Source of the DNA: Gaiella sp.
GTDB taxonomy: Bacteria; Actinomycetota; Thermoleophilia; Gaiellales; Gaiellaceae
Direction: 5' to 3'
Assembly (NCBI GenBank): GCA_035706725.1
Contig: DASSUT010000254.1
Span: 1 to 43,358 of the forward strand
DNA length: 43,358 nt
Both the position numbers and the translations under genes were made by a program. Shown one piece after another: positions 26,448 through 36,039 of this stretch. Position 1 is the first letter of the stretch; every line of letters begins with the position of its first letter. Under the pieces are notes generated by a model. It did not search any database. It was not told where the DNA came from and was given only the letters and a program-made list of their open reading frames with translations.

Positions 26448-27241
26448 TCACGGGCGCCGGCGGCCAGCTCGGCCGCGCGCTCGAGGTGGCGTTCGCGCAG
26501 GACGACGTGCTCGCTCTCGACCGCCGCGCGTGGGACGTCCGCGACGAGCCACCGCCGCTGCCGTGGACGCCCGACCTCGTGCTCCACGCCGCGGCGTGGA
26601 CGGACGTGGACGGGGCCGAAGGAGATCCGCAGAGCGCCGCCGCGACGAACGTCGGCGGCACCGCGCACGCCGCCTCGCTCGGCGCCCCGGTCGTGGCGTA
26701 CTCGACCGACTACGTGTTCGACGGCAGAAAGGGTGACGCCTACGTCGAGTCCGACCCTCCCGGCCCGCTCTCGGCGTACGGCCGCACGAAGCTCCACGGG
26801 GAGGGCGCCGCCGGAGACCGGGCCTGGGTCGTCCGCTCCTCGTGGCTCTTCTCCGCGACCGGTCACAACTTCGTGCGCACGATGTTGCGCCTCGGGGCGG
26901 AGCGCGACGAGGTGTCGGTCGTCGCCGACCAGCGCGGCTGCCCGACCTACGTCGGCCATCTCGCGACGGCGACCCGGGAGCTCCTCGCCGCCGATGCCCC
27001 GTTCGGCGTGTGGCACCTCGCCGCCGCCGGCGACTGCACGTGGGCGGAGCTCGCGGAGGCGATCTTCGAGGACGCCGGGCTCGCCTGCCGCGTCCGGCGG
27101 ATCAGCTCGGCGGAGTTCGGCGCCCGCGCCGTGCGGCCCGCCAACTCGGTGCTCCGGAGCGAAAAGGGCGCGCCGGTGCTCCCGCACTGGCGGGAAGGGC
27201 TCCAGGCCTGCCTCGACGATCTCGCCGCCCAGGCCGTCTAG
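26399..27241 (+). CDS. rmlD: dTDP-4-dehydrorhamnose reductase (start uncertain: GTG 26399 or CTG 26444)
   Basis: LITGAGGQLG, AAWTDVD, STDYVFDG, YGRTK, DQRGCPT and RPANSVL. Confidence 0.92.
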   Translation: MEHHDTDPLGPRRRTLITGAGGQLGRALEVAFAQDDVLALDRRAWDVRDEPPPLPWTPDLVLHAAAWTDVDGAEGDPQSAAATNVGGTAHAASLGAPVVAYSTDYVFDGRKGDAYVESDPPGPLSAYGRTKLHGEGAAGDRAWVVRSSWLFSATGHNFVRTMLRLGAERDEVSVVADQRGCPTYVGHLATATRELLAADAPFGVWHLAAAGDCTWAELAEAIFEDAGLACRVRRISSAEFGARAVRPANSVLRSEKGAPVLPHWREGLQACLDDLAAQAV

Positions 27242-27281
27242 GGGCAGTTGCCGCGGCGGGCACGTCGCTACCCTTCTGCGG

Positions 27282-28271
27282 ATGCGCGTGCTCGTCACCG
27301 GCGGCGCCGGGTTCATCGGCTCGCACTTCGTCAAGCGGCTCGTGGCGAACGGCGAGGACGCGGTCGTGCTCGACAAGCTGACGTACGCGGGTAATCCGGC
27401 GAACCTCGAGGGCACGGGCGTGGAGCTCGTGGTGGGCGACATCGCCGACCCCGACGCGGTCGCACGTGCCGCCGCGGGGTGCGAGGCGGTCGTCAACTTC
27501 GCGGCGGAGACGCACGTGGACCGCTCGATCCTCGGACCGAAGGAGTTCGTTTCCACGGACGTGCTCGGGACAATGACCCTGCTCGAGTGGGCCCGTGCGC
27601 ACGACGCACGGTTCGTCCAGGTCTCGACCGACGAGGTGTACGGCGATCTGGAAGCCGGCGGCCGCTCGACCGAGGGCGACCCGCTCCGCCCCTCGAGCCC
27701 GTACAGCGCCGCGAAGGCGGGCGGCGACCTCCAGGTGCTCGCGTACGTCCGCACGTACGGCGTGCGTGCGTCCATCACGCGCGGCGCGAACACGTTCGGC
27801 CCGAACCAGTACCCGGAGAAGCTCGTTCCGCTGTTCGTCACGAACGCGCTCGACGGGGAGTCGCTCCCCGTCTACGGCGACGGCATGCAGGTGCGCGAGT
27901 GGCTCCACGCGGAGGACCACTGCGCGGCGGTCGACCTCGTGCTGCGCGAGGGCGCGCCGGGCGAGATCTACAACGTCGGCGGCGAGGAGCACGTGAACCT
28001 CGAGGTGACCCACCGGATCCTCGAGCTCACCGGCGCCGACCCGGCGCTCGTCCGCCATGTCGAGGACCGCGCGGGGCACGATCGGCGCTACGCGCTCGAC
28101 GACACGAAGCTCCGAACGCTCGGCTGGCGGCCGGAGCACTCGTTCGGCGAGGCCGGACTGCCCGAGACGGTCAGCTGGTACCGCGACAACCGGGCCTGGT
28201 GGGAGCCGATCAAGACCGGCGAGTACCGCCGCTACTACGAGGAGCAGTACGCCGGGCGGTTACGGGCCTGA
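27282..28271 (+). CDS. rmlB: dTDP-glucose 4,6-dehydratase
   Basis: VTGGAGFIGS, DKLTYAG, AAETHVDRSI, STDEVYG, PYSAAK and DRAGHDRRYA. Confidence 0.96.
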   Translation: MRVLVTGGAGFIGSHFVKRLVANGEDAVVLDKLTYAGNPANLEGTGVELVVGDIADPDAVARAAAGCEAVVNFAAETHVDRSILGPKEFVSTDVLGTMTLLEWARAHDARFVQVSTDEVYGDLEAGGRSTEGDPLRPSSPYSAAKAGGDLQVLAYVRTYGVRASITRGANTFGPNQYPEKLVPLFVTNALDGESLPVYGDGMQVREWLHAEDHCAAVDLVLREGAPGEIYNVGGEEHVNLEVTHRILELTGADPALVRHVEDRAGHDRRYALDDTKLRTLGWRPEHSFGEAGLPETVSWYRDNRAWWEPIKTGEYRRYYEEQYAGRLRA

Positions 28272-28304
28272 CGGCCCACAACCGCCTCTGACCCCCGGTC
28301 GGAC

Positions 28305-29672
28305 GTGCGCCGCGCATTCCTCGCCCTCCTCGTCGCCACGCTCGCAGCCGCTCTCGCGTGCACCACTTTTGCTGCGCCGCAGGCACCGACCGTGTTCGTC
28401 CTCTCCGGGGGTGGGTGGGGACACGGAGTCGGGATGAGCCAGTGGGGCGCCTTCGGTCAGGCGAAGGCGGGACGCGACTACCGCACGATCCTCGCGTACT
28501 ACTACCCGGGCACGGCGCTCGGCCCCTCGCCGGTCGCGGTCCCGCCGAAGCTGCGCGTCCTCGTCGGCGACGGGCTCTCCTCGCTCACCGTGACGGCCGC
28601 CGGCGGGCTCGTGCTCGTCGACGCGGCCGGGACACGAGTCCGACTCCCGGGCGGCAGCGTGACTCTCCGGCCGGGCCTGCGGCTGCGAGCCGAGCCCGGG
28701 GCGCCGCCCGAGCGGCTCCGTGACCCCGTCACCCTCCGGGCGGTCGGCGGCGGTCGGCTGACCGTGGGTGACAAGGCGTACCGCGGAGCCCTGCGCGTGG
28801 TGAAAGCAGCCGAAAAGCTGCAGCTCGTGAACGTCGTCGCGCTCGAGTCGTACCTGCTCGGCGTCGTGCCCGGCGAGATGCCGAAGGACTGGCCGCTCGA
28901 CGCGCTCAAGGCGCAGGCGGTTGCGGCGCGTACCTACGCGATCGCGAACCTCGTCACCGGACGGGCCTTCGACCTGTACTCGGACGCGCGCAGCCAGCTC
29001 TACTACGGCGCCGACGCCGAGGCGCCCGGCCCGACGAGGGCCGTCACGGAGACGCGAGGGCAGGTCCTGAGCTTCGGCGGCGCTCCGGCCCAGACGTTCT
29101 ACTTCTCGTCGAGCGGCGGCCGGACGCTCAGCGCCCTCGACGCATTCGGGGAGGACCTGCCGTACCTCGTCTCGGTCGCGGACCCGTGGGACGAGGTCTC
29201 TCCGAACCACCGCTGGGCCACCCAGGTCATGAGCGGCGCTGCGCTCGCCCGCAAGCTGGGGCTGAAGGCTGCCGTGACCGACGTCGCGTACGAGTCGGGC
29301 ACGCAGGGCACCCCGGCGTCGCTCCGCCTCGGCACGAGCGCGGGCGCCTCCGTGGACGAGCGCCTGTCGGACCTCCGCAATCGGCTCGGGCTCAAGTCCC
29401 TGGAGTTCCGACTCGGCGTGCTGCGCCTCGACCCCCCCGACCCGGCAACCCGTCCGTCCGCGGCCGTGCGGCTCACCGGTGTCGCCCGTGACGTGCCGGA
29501 CCCCAGGCTCGAGCGACGCACCGCGGACGGCGACTGGGTCGCGGTCGCGCGGATCGCCCCGACTGCCGACGGCACCTTCGCGGTCAAGATTCGCGCAGCG
29601 GCGACGACCGCCTATCGGCTCACCGCCGACGGCCTTGCGGGGCCGCTCGTGACGCTGCGGATCGCGGCGTGA
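28305..29672 (+). CDS. SpoIID/LytB domain protein (lytic transglycosylase-like), secreted
   Basis: GWGHGVGMSQWGA, YRTILAYYYPG, YRGALR, LESYLLGVVPGEMP and ALKAQAVAARTYA. Confidence 0.92.
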   Translation: MRRAFLALLVATLAAALACTTFAAPQAPTVFVLSGGGWGHGVGMSQWGAFGQAKAGRDYRTILAYYYPGTALGPSPVAVPPKLRVLVGDGLSSLTVTAAGGLVLVDAAGTRVRLPGGSVTLRPGLRLRAEPGAPPERLRDPVTLRAVGGGRLTVGDKAYRGALRVVKAAEKLQLVNVVALESYLLGVVPGEMPKDWPLDALKAQAVAARTYAIANLVTGRAFDLYSDARSQLYYGADAEAPGPTRAVTETRGQVLSFGGAPAQTFYFSSSGGRTLSALDAFGEDLPYLVSVADPWDEVSPNHRWATQVMSGAALARKLGLKAAVTDVAYESGTQGTPASLRLGTSAGASVDERLSDLRNRLGLKSLEFRLGVLRLDPPDPATRPSAAVRLTGVARDVPDPRLERRTADGDWVAVARIAPTADGTFAVKIRAAATTAYRLTADGLAGPLVTLRIAA

Positions 29673-31324
29673 GCCTCCGTCGCGCCCTGGGGGTGCTCGG
29701 GGTGCTCACCGCGCTCGCGCTGCCCGGTCACGCTCTCGCCGGCCCGCTCCACGTCGGCGTCGAGCCCGGGGTCGACCCCCGGGCCGTCGCGGCGGTGATC
29801 GAGCGGACGACGGGGGCTCACGCGCGGGTGCTGGACGGCCTCGACGCGCTCGCGGTCGACGCGTCTCCGGCACGCGTCCGACACATGCCCGGGGTCGCCT
29901 GGGTCGAGCCGGCCGTCGTCCGCCGGCTTGCGTTCACGCCGGACGACCCGCTCGCCGGGCGTCAGTGGTACGCGACCGCGACACGCGCATACGACGCCTG
30001 GGACGCGGTGCCGCCGCTCGCTCCCGTGCGGGTCGCGGTGATCGACTCGGGGATCGATCTCGGCCACCCCGACCTCGCCCCGCGCATCGTCGCCGCGAAG
30101 AGCTTCGTGGGTGGAAGCGCGCAGGACACACGCGGGCACGGAACGATCGTCGCGGGCATCATCGCCGCCGAGGTCGACAACGGTCGTGGCATCGCCGGGC
30201 TCGCCCCCGCCGCGCAGCTCCTCGTCGCGAAGGTCGTCGCCGACAACGGCACGATCTCGGTCGAGGCCGAGGCCGAGGCGATCCGCTGGGCCGTCGACCA
30301 CGGGGCGCGCGTCCTCAACATCTCGCTCGGCGGCCTGCGCGACCCGCGCGACCCGAGCGAGGACACGTTCTCGCGCCTCGAGCAGCAGGCGGTCGCGTAC
30401 GCCGTGCGGCACGGCGCGGTGATCGTTGCCGCGGTCGGCAACGCCGACCAGGCGCCGCGTACCCCGTGGCGGTACGCCAGCTACCCGGCCGCCCTACCGC
30501 ACGTCCTCGGCGTCAGCGCGCTCTCGCGGAGCGGTGGATCGCCCGCGTTCTCGAACCGAGACGCGGTGTACAACGACGTCGCCGCGCCGGGCGAGGACAT
30601 CTTCTCCACGTTCCCCCGCCGTCTCACGTCGGAGCGGTCCGAGTGCGCGGACCAGGGCTTCACGACGTGCGCCACCGATCAGTTCCGGCCTCCGGAGGGC
30701 ACGTCGTTCGCCGCGCCGCAGGTGAGCGCCGCCGCGGCGAACCTGCTGGGCGTCCGCCCCTCCCTGCGGCCGGAGCAGGTCGTCACGCTCATCGAGCGCT
30801 GGGCGCAGGACGCCACGCCGGCCTCCGGCTGCTCCCGCTGCAGCGTCGGCCGCGATGCGCTGACCGGCTGGGGCCAGCTGGACGTCTCGGCAGCGGTGGC
30901 GGCGCTCGTGGGGCCGCTTCCGCCGCGGGACGCCAACGAGCCGAACGACGACGCGGGCGCCGACGCCTACCGGCTCTACTACCGCCCTGCCGCGAAGACC
31001 CGTGTCGTTCGCGCGTCGGTCGACTTCTGGGACGACCAGGACGACGTGTACGCGGTCCGCCTGAAACGTGGCCAGAAGCTCTACGCCTCGCTCGTCCCGG
31101 CCGGATCGCCCGACGTCGTGCTGGCGCTGTGGCGACCGTCGACGGTGTCGGTCACCGACCTCGCGCACCAGGACCTGCGCGTCCGGCTCTCCGACCGTCC
31201 CGGGCGCCGCGAGCGTCTGGCGTTCACCGCCCCGGCCGACGGCTGGTATCCGCTCCAGGTGCGCCTCACCGCGCCGAGCCCCGACCCGGTCCCGTACCAG
31301 CTGTCGATCGTTCGCGTGGCCTGA
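29669..31324 (+). CDS. Secreted S8 (subtilisin-like) serine peptidase with C-terminal PPC-like domain
   Basis: Catalytic triad motifs VIDSG, GHGTIVAG and GTSFAAP; oxyanion motif AAVGN; EPND...DDVY. Confidence 0.92.
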   Translation: MSLRRALGVLGVLTALALPGHALAGPLHVGVEPGVDPRAVAAVIERTTGAHARVLDGLDALAVDASPARVRHMPGVAWVEPAVVRRLAFTPDDPLAGRQWYATATRAYDAWDAVPPLAPVRVAVIDSGIDLGHPDLAPRIVAAKSFVGGSAQDTRGHGTIVAGIIAAEVDNGRGIAGLAPAAQLLVAKVVADNGTISVEAEAEAIRWAVDHGARVLNISLGGLRDPRDPSEDTFSRLEQQAVAYAVRHGAVIVAAVGNADQAPRTPWRYASYPAALPHVLGVSALSRSGGSPAFSNRDAVYNDVAAPGEDIFSTFPRRLTSERSECADQGFTTCATDQFRPPEGTSFAAPQVSAAAANLLGVRPSLRPEQVVTLIERWAQDATPASGCSRCSVGRDALTGWGQLDVSAAVAALVGPLPPRDANEPNDDAGADAYRLYYRPAAKTRVVRASVDFWDDQDDVYAVRLKRGQKLYASLVPAGSPDVVLALWRPSTVSVTDLAHQDLRVRLSDRPGRRERLAFTAPADGWYPLQVRLTAPSPDPVPYQLSIVRVA

Positions 31325-31465
31325 CCCCTCGCCCGGAGCGGCGAGAGACTAGGCGTCCGCCCACCGTCCCTGCACGTGCTTCGACACTGCTGAGGCGATG
31401 CTGGAAGGGAGCGCGTTCCGATCCAACTGACGCACGTCCGAGCCATCGCCCGGAGCGAGACCGAG

Positions 31466-32113
31466 TCAGGCTTCGAGCAGCTCGTCGGACGGAACGTCGC
31501 GCAGCACGCGGGCCGGGCTGCCCACGACGACCTTTCGCGCGGGGACGTCCTTCGTGACGACCGCGCCCGCGCCGACGAACGCCTCCTCGCCGACCTCGAT
31601 CCCCGGACAGAGGATCGCCCCGCCGCCGACGCGCGCCCCGCGGCGGATCGTGGGCCCCTTCATCAGCTCGAGCCGGCGCTCCGTCCGGCCCATGAAGTTG
31701 TCGTTGGTCGTGACCACGCACGGCGCGACGAACACGTCCTCCTCGAGCGTCGAGTACGCGGTCACGTACGCGTCCGCCTGGATGCGGGTCCGCGCGCCGA
31801 TCGTGGTGTCGTTCTCGACGAGCGCGCCGCGGCCGATCACGACGTCATCGGCGACCGTCACGCGCTCCCGCACGCAGGACTGGTCGCCCACGATGACGCG
31901 TGCGCCGAGGGTCGAGCCCGCGAACACGATCGCCCCGGTCGAGATCACGCTGCCCTCGCCGACGACCGTGGGCGCGAGGGGCTCGCGCTTCGCGGTCGAG
32001 CGCGGCGAGAGCGTCGGCTGCTTGCCGACGACGGCGTGCTCGAGGACACGGACGCCGTCGCCGAGCACGGTGCCCGGGTGGACGACCGCCGTGGGGTGGA
32101 CCTCAGCGGCCAT
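31466..32113 (-). CDS. Hexapeptide-repeat N-acetyltransferase (WbpD/WlbB-like)
   Basis: Left-handed beta-helix repeats, EDVFVAPCVVTTND and GAGAVVTKDVP...VGSPAR. Confidence 0.88.
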   Translation of the reverse strand: MAAEVHPTAVVHPGTVLGDGVRVLEHAVVGKQPTLSPRSTAKREPLAPTVVGEGSVISTGAIVFAGSTLGARVIVGDQSCVRERVTVADDVVIGRGALVENDTTIGARTRIQADAYVTAYSTLEEDVFVAPCVVTTNDNFMGRTERRLELMKGPTIRRGARVGGGAILCPGIEVGEEAFVGAGAVVTKDVPARKVVVGSPARVLRDVPSDELLEA

Positions 32114-33083
32114 GGCGGAGGCTCTCGGTCAGTCGGTCGAGCGCCCGGACGACAGCGACCCCGTCGCGGGCCTCGCGGTGGTCGCCCGGCCCGGTGCGCA
32201 CGAGCTCGAGGAAGTGCTCGAGCTCGAGCCGAAGCGGCTCGTCGTTCGCGATCTTGGGGCTGTAGATGTCGCCGGTGCGGGTGCGCCACTCGCCGTAGCT
32301 CTCGGTCGGCTCCCACGGCGCCTTCTCGTACACGGTGACCTTGCGCTCGAGCTCCATGTCGTCGAACACGACCATTTTCTCCCGCCCGACGACGGTCATC
32401 CTCCGCATCTTGTGGGGGTCGAGCCACGAGAGGTGCATGTGGGCCACCTTCCCGGACGGAAACCGCAGAAAGCAGAAGACGACGTCCTCGATCCCCGGCT
32501 GGAGGTAGTCCATGCCGTGCGCCACCGCCTCGGTCGGCTCCTCGCCGAGCAGCCACAGGATCACGGAGAGGTCGTGCACTCCGAGCGACCACAGTGCGTT
32601 CTCGTTCGAGCGGATCACGCCGAGGTTCTGACGGTTGCCGTACACGGCGGCCACCTCCCCGAGCGCCCCCGCGTCGACGAGCTCCTTCACGCGCACGAGG
32701 CCCGGGTGGTAGAGGAGCAGGTGCCCCGGCATCAGCACGAGGTTCCGCTGCTGCGCGAGCGCGAGCAGCTCCTCCATCTCCTCGCCGCGCATCGCGGGCG
32801 GCTTCTCGACGAACACGTGCTTTCCGGCCTCGAGCGCCTGCTTCGCGAGCGTGTGGTGGGTCGGCACCGGCGTCGCGATCGTGACCGCGTCCACGGCGTC
32901 GTCGGCGAGCGCCTCCTCGAACGAGGCGGTCGTCCGCGCGTCCGGGTAGCGGCGCGCGTACTCGTCCCGGCGCGCGTCGTCGACGTCGCAGACCCACGTG
33001 AGGTCGGCGATCTCACCGATCACGCGGGCGACGTTCCTGCCCCATCCTCCGACGCCCGCGTGGGCGACCCGGATCGGCGTCAC
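32103..33083 (-). CDS. Gfo/Idh/MocA oxidoreductase (WbpB/WlbA-like)
   Basis: GVGGWG, IATP...H, GKHVFVEKP and VHDLS; lies between the sugar dehydrogenase and the acetyltransferase. Confidence 0.88.
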   Translation of the reverse strand: MTPIRVAHAGVGGWGRNVARVIGEIADLTWVCDVDDARRDEYARRYPDARTTASFEEALADDAVDAVTIATPVPTHHTLAKQALEAGKHVFVEKPPAMRGEEMEELLALAQQRNLVLMPGHLLLYHPGLVRVKELVDAGALGEVAAVYGNRQNLGVIRSNENALWSLGVHDLSVILWLLGEEPTEAVAHGMDYLQPGIEDVVFCFLRFPSGKVAHMHLSWLDPHKMRRMTVVGREKMVVFDDMELERKVTVYEKAPWEPTESYGEWRTRTGDIYSPKIANDEPLRLELEHFLELVRTGPGDHREARDGVAVVRALDRLTESLRHGR

Positions 33084-34432
33084 AGCTTCCAGATCTTCTC
33101 GCTCGCGACGCCTGCGCGGCCCGTGGCGTTGCGCAGGTCGACCACGAGCCGCGCGTCGCGGACGAGCTGGGCGTAGTCGACCGCCGTGTGCGCCGTTGCG
33201 ATGACGACCGCGTCGTACCGGGCGGGCTCCAGCGGCACGGACTCGAGCGCGATGCCGTTGGTCGCGAACGACGGGACGAAGGGATCGTGGTACGCGACGT
33301 TCGCGCCCGCATTCTGGAGGAGCTCGATCACCTTCACCGCGGGAGACTCGCGCCAGTCGGAGATGTCCGCCTTGTAGGCGACGCCGAGCACGAGGATGCT
33401 GGAGCCCGCGACCGACCTGCGTGCGCCGTGGTTCAGCGCCTGCGAGACGCGGGAGCGGCAGTAGTAGGGCATGTTCTGGTTGACCTCGCCCGCGAGCTCG
33501 ATGAAGCGGGTCGAGAAGTCGAACTCGCGCGCCTTCCACGTGAGGTAGAACGGGTCGATCGGGATGCAGTGGCCGCCGAGCCCAGGCCCCGGCTGGAACG
33601 GCATGAACCCGAACGGCTTCGTCGCGGCCGCGTCGACGACCTCCCAGATGTCGATCTCCATCCGGTCGCAGAGCTGCGCGAGCTCGTTGACGAGCGCGAT
33701 GTTGACGGAGCGGAAGATGTTCTCGAGCAGCTTCGTCAGCTCGGCGGCGTCCGGTGACGACACGCGGTGCACCTGCTCGACGGCGGTGAGGTAGAGCGCG
33801 GCCGCGGCCTCGGTGGAGGCCGTGTCGATCCCGCCGACGACCTTCGGGACCGTCTTCGTCGTCCAGTCGACCCGTCCGGGGTCGACGCGCTCCGGCGAGA
33901 ACGCGAGGTGGAAGTCCTTGCCCGCGACGAGCCCGGACTCGCGCTCGAGGATCGGCATCAGCTCCTCGCGGGTCGTCCCGGGGTACGTCGTGGACTCGAG
34001 TACGACGAGCTGCCCGGGCCGGAGCCTGCGGCCGATCTCGGCGCCGGCGTCCAGGACGATCGAGAGGTCCGGCTCGCGCTGGCGCGTGAGCGGCGTCGGG
34101 AGTGCGAGGAGGATCGCGTCGACCTCGCGGAGCACGTCGTAGTCGCTGGTCGCCCCGAGGCCTCGCTCGGAGACGAGCCGGCTGAGCGTCTCGGAGGGGA
34201 CGTCCTCGATGTAGCTCTCGCCGCGCCGCAGCCGCTCGACCCGTGCCTGGTCGACGTCGACGAGCACGACGCGTCTGCCCGCGTCGGCGAACACCTGCGC
34301 CAGCGGAACCCCGACGTAGCCGGCGCCGACGATCGCGATCTCGTACGCGTCGGTCGCCGGTCCGTCGGCCGTCTCGACGCGCGGCTCCGCGCCCTCGACC
34401 CCCGCCGCGGATGTCGCCTCCGGGCCGCTCAC
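33080..34432 (-). CDS. UDP-N-acetylhexosamine 6-dehydrogenase (WbpA/WecC-like)
   Basis: GAGYVG, LESTTYPGTT, FSPERVDPG, KLLENIFRSVNIALVNEL and PGPGLGGHCIPIDP. Confidence 0.92.
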   Translation of the reverse strand: MSGPEATSAAGVEGAEPRVETADGPATDAYEIAIVGAGYVGVPLAQVFADAGRRVVLVDVDQARVERLRRGESYIEDVPSETLSRLVSERGLGATSDYDVLREVDAILLALPTPLTRQREPDLSIVLDAGAEIGRRLRPGQLVVLESTTYPGTTREELMPILERESGLVAGKDFHLAFSPERVDPGRVDWTTKTVPKVVGGIDTASTEAAAALYLTAVEQVHRVSSPDAAELTKLLENIFRSVNIALVNELAQLCDRMEIDIWEVVDAAATKPFGFMPFQPGPGLGGHCIPIDPFYLTWKAREFDFSTRFIELAGEVNQNMPYYCRSRVSQALNHGARRSVAGSSILVLGVAYKADISDWRESPAVKVIELLQNAGANVAYHDPFVPSFATNGIALESVPLEPARYDAVVIATAHTAVDYAQLVRDARLVVDLRNATGRAGVASEKIWKL

Positions 34433-34524
34433 AAGGCGGGATCGTAGCGACGCGGGTGGTCTCGGAACACCGTGTCACGCATCACGTCGGCTGTCTCGTC
34501 GTCGCCGCGTCGAGGGGGCCGGCG

Positions 34525-34559
34525 GACAACGCTTGTGGTGAATCACCACAAGCGTTGTC
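34525..34559. repeat. Perfect 35-bp palindrome (REP-like, or a bidirectional stem-loop)
   Basis: GACAACGCTTGTGGTGA-A-TCACCACAAGCGTTGTC (17-bp arms). Confidence 0.85.
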
Positions 34560-34573
34560 AGACCGCCGTCCGG

Positions 34574-34933
34574 TCAGCCGGTGACGGACTCGTCGCTCTG
34601 GAAGAGGCTGAAGTCGTTCCCCTCGGTGTCCGCGCAGTGGCTGAACCAGCCGACGTGCGGAATCGGCATCTTGTCGTCGGCCGTGCCGCCGTGCTCGCGG
34701 ACCTTCGCGATCGAGGCGTCGATGTCGTCGGTGTCGAAGTACACGACGATCCCGAACGGGCCCTCCGAGGACAGCACGGCGCCGCCCTGGTCCTCGCCGG
34801 TCCTGACCATGTAGTACTCGAGCTCGGGCATCGCGGAGTCGCCGAAGTCCCAGCCGAACACGCCGCTCCAGAACCCCTTCGCCCTGCCGGTGTCGCTCGC
34901 GGGGAGCTCGAAGTGCACCATCTTTCCCGGCAT
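34574..34933 (-). CDS. VOC (glyoxalase/bleomycin resistance) family protein
   Basis: VHFELPA.D..RAKGFW..VFGW, YFDTDDID and DTEGN; RBS GAGAGGAGG. Confidence 0.92.
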   Translation of the reverse strand: MPGKMVHFELPASDTGRAKGFWSGVFGWDFGDSAMPELEYYMVRTGEDQGGAVLSSEGPFGIVVYFDTDDIDASIAKVREHGGTADDKMPIPHVGWFSHCADTEGNDFSLFQSDESVTG

Positions 34934-34945
34934 CTCTGCCTCCTC

Positions 34946-35995
34946 TCAGCGCTTCGCCACATCATGCACGGAGGCGAGCCGTGCAGCGATGCGGGGCGCC
35001 GTGCGGCCGTCCCCGTACAGGGCCGGTGCGCCGACGGGAAAGGCAGCGCCGCGCACGGCCGCCGCGATCGCGTCGGGATCGTCGTCGACCAGCGCGTTCG
35101 CGCCCTGCTCCACGGTGTCGACCCACTCGGTGGAGGGGCGCATCGTGACGCACGGCACGCGGTACCAGTACGCCTCCTTCTGGAGCCCGCCCGAGTCGGT
35201 CGCGATCACGCGGGCCTGCGAGGCGGCCGAGGCGAACGCGAGGTAGCCGAGCGGCTCGCGGAGCTCGACGTTCGGCCCGACCTGGATCTCGGCCTTGCGG
35301 AGCGTCTCGGCGGTCCGCGGGTGGGCAGGGAGGACGACCGGCTCGTCGAGCTGCGAGAGGCCGGCCATGATCCGCCGCAGCCGCTCGGGACGCACGTTTG
35401 CCTCCCGGTGGACGGTCGCGACCACGTACGTCCCCGTCGGATGCGGCGGCGGCACGCGGTCGCGGGCGATCGGCGCGAAGCGCAGCGTCGCGTCCGCCAT
35501 CACGTCGCCCACGACCTCGACGCGGCCGGCAACCCCCTCGGCGCGCAGGGTCGCGGCGGAGCGCTCGTCGGGGCACAGCAGGAGCTCCGCGAGGCCGTCG
35601 ACCTCGATCCGCGCGCGCTCCTCGGGCATCGAGAGGTCGCCGCTCCGCAACCCCGCCTCGACATGGGCGAGGGGAATCCCGGCTCCCGCTGCCGCGCGTG
35701 CGCCGGCGAGCGTCGAGTTCGTGTCCCCGAGCACGAGCACCGCGTCGGGCGACTCCGCCTCCAGCACTGCGGCGATCGGCGGCGTCAGCGCCGCGACGTC
35801 CGCGGTTCGGAGGTCGAGCCGGTGCGCGGGCTCGTCGAGCCCGAGCTCGTCGATGAACACCTGGGAGAGCTCGTCGTCCCAGTGCTGGCCGGTATGGACG
35901 ACGACCTCGTCGATCCCGACTTCGCGCAGCGCCTCGGAGAGCGGCGCGGCCTTGACGAGCTGCGGCCGGTTGCCGACGACCATGACGACCTTCAC
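34946..35995 (-). CDS. UDP-N-acetylglucosamine 2-epimerase, non-hydrolysing (WecB/WbpI-like)
   Basis: VGNRPQLVK, HTGQH, GDTNSTL, HVEAGLRS, MPEE and TDSGGLQKEA. Confidence 0.93.
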   Translation of the reverse strand: MKVVMVVGNRPQLVKAAPLSEALREVGIDEVVVHTGQHWDDELSQVFIDELGLDEPAHRLDLRTADVAALTPPIAAVLEAESPDAVLVLGDTNSTLAGARAAAGAGIPLAHVEAGLRSGDLSMPEERARIEVDGLAELLLCPDERSAATLRAEGVAGRVEVVGDVMADATLRFAPIARDRVPPPHPTGTYVVATVHREANVRPERLRRIMAGLSQLDEPVVLPAHPRTAETLRKAEIQVGPNVELREPLGYLAFASAASQARVIATDSGGLQKEAYWYRVPCVTMRPSTEWVDTVEQGANALVDDDPDAIAAAVRGAAFPVGAPALYGDGRTAPRIAARLASVHDVAKR

Positions 35996-36039
35996 GGCGC
36001 GAGCCTAGCGGCGAGGCTCGGCAGGATCTCGACCGCGCG

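Noticed and set aside
32103-34478. 791-aa ORF as a single protein
   Set aside because: Only the last 326 aa (from GTG 33083) form a Gfo/Idh/MocA protein; the rest is an alternate frame of the dehydrogenase gene.
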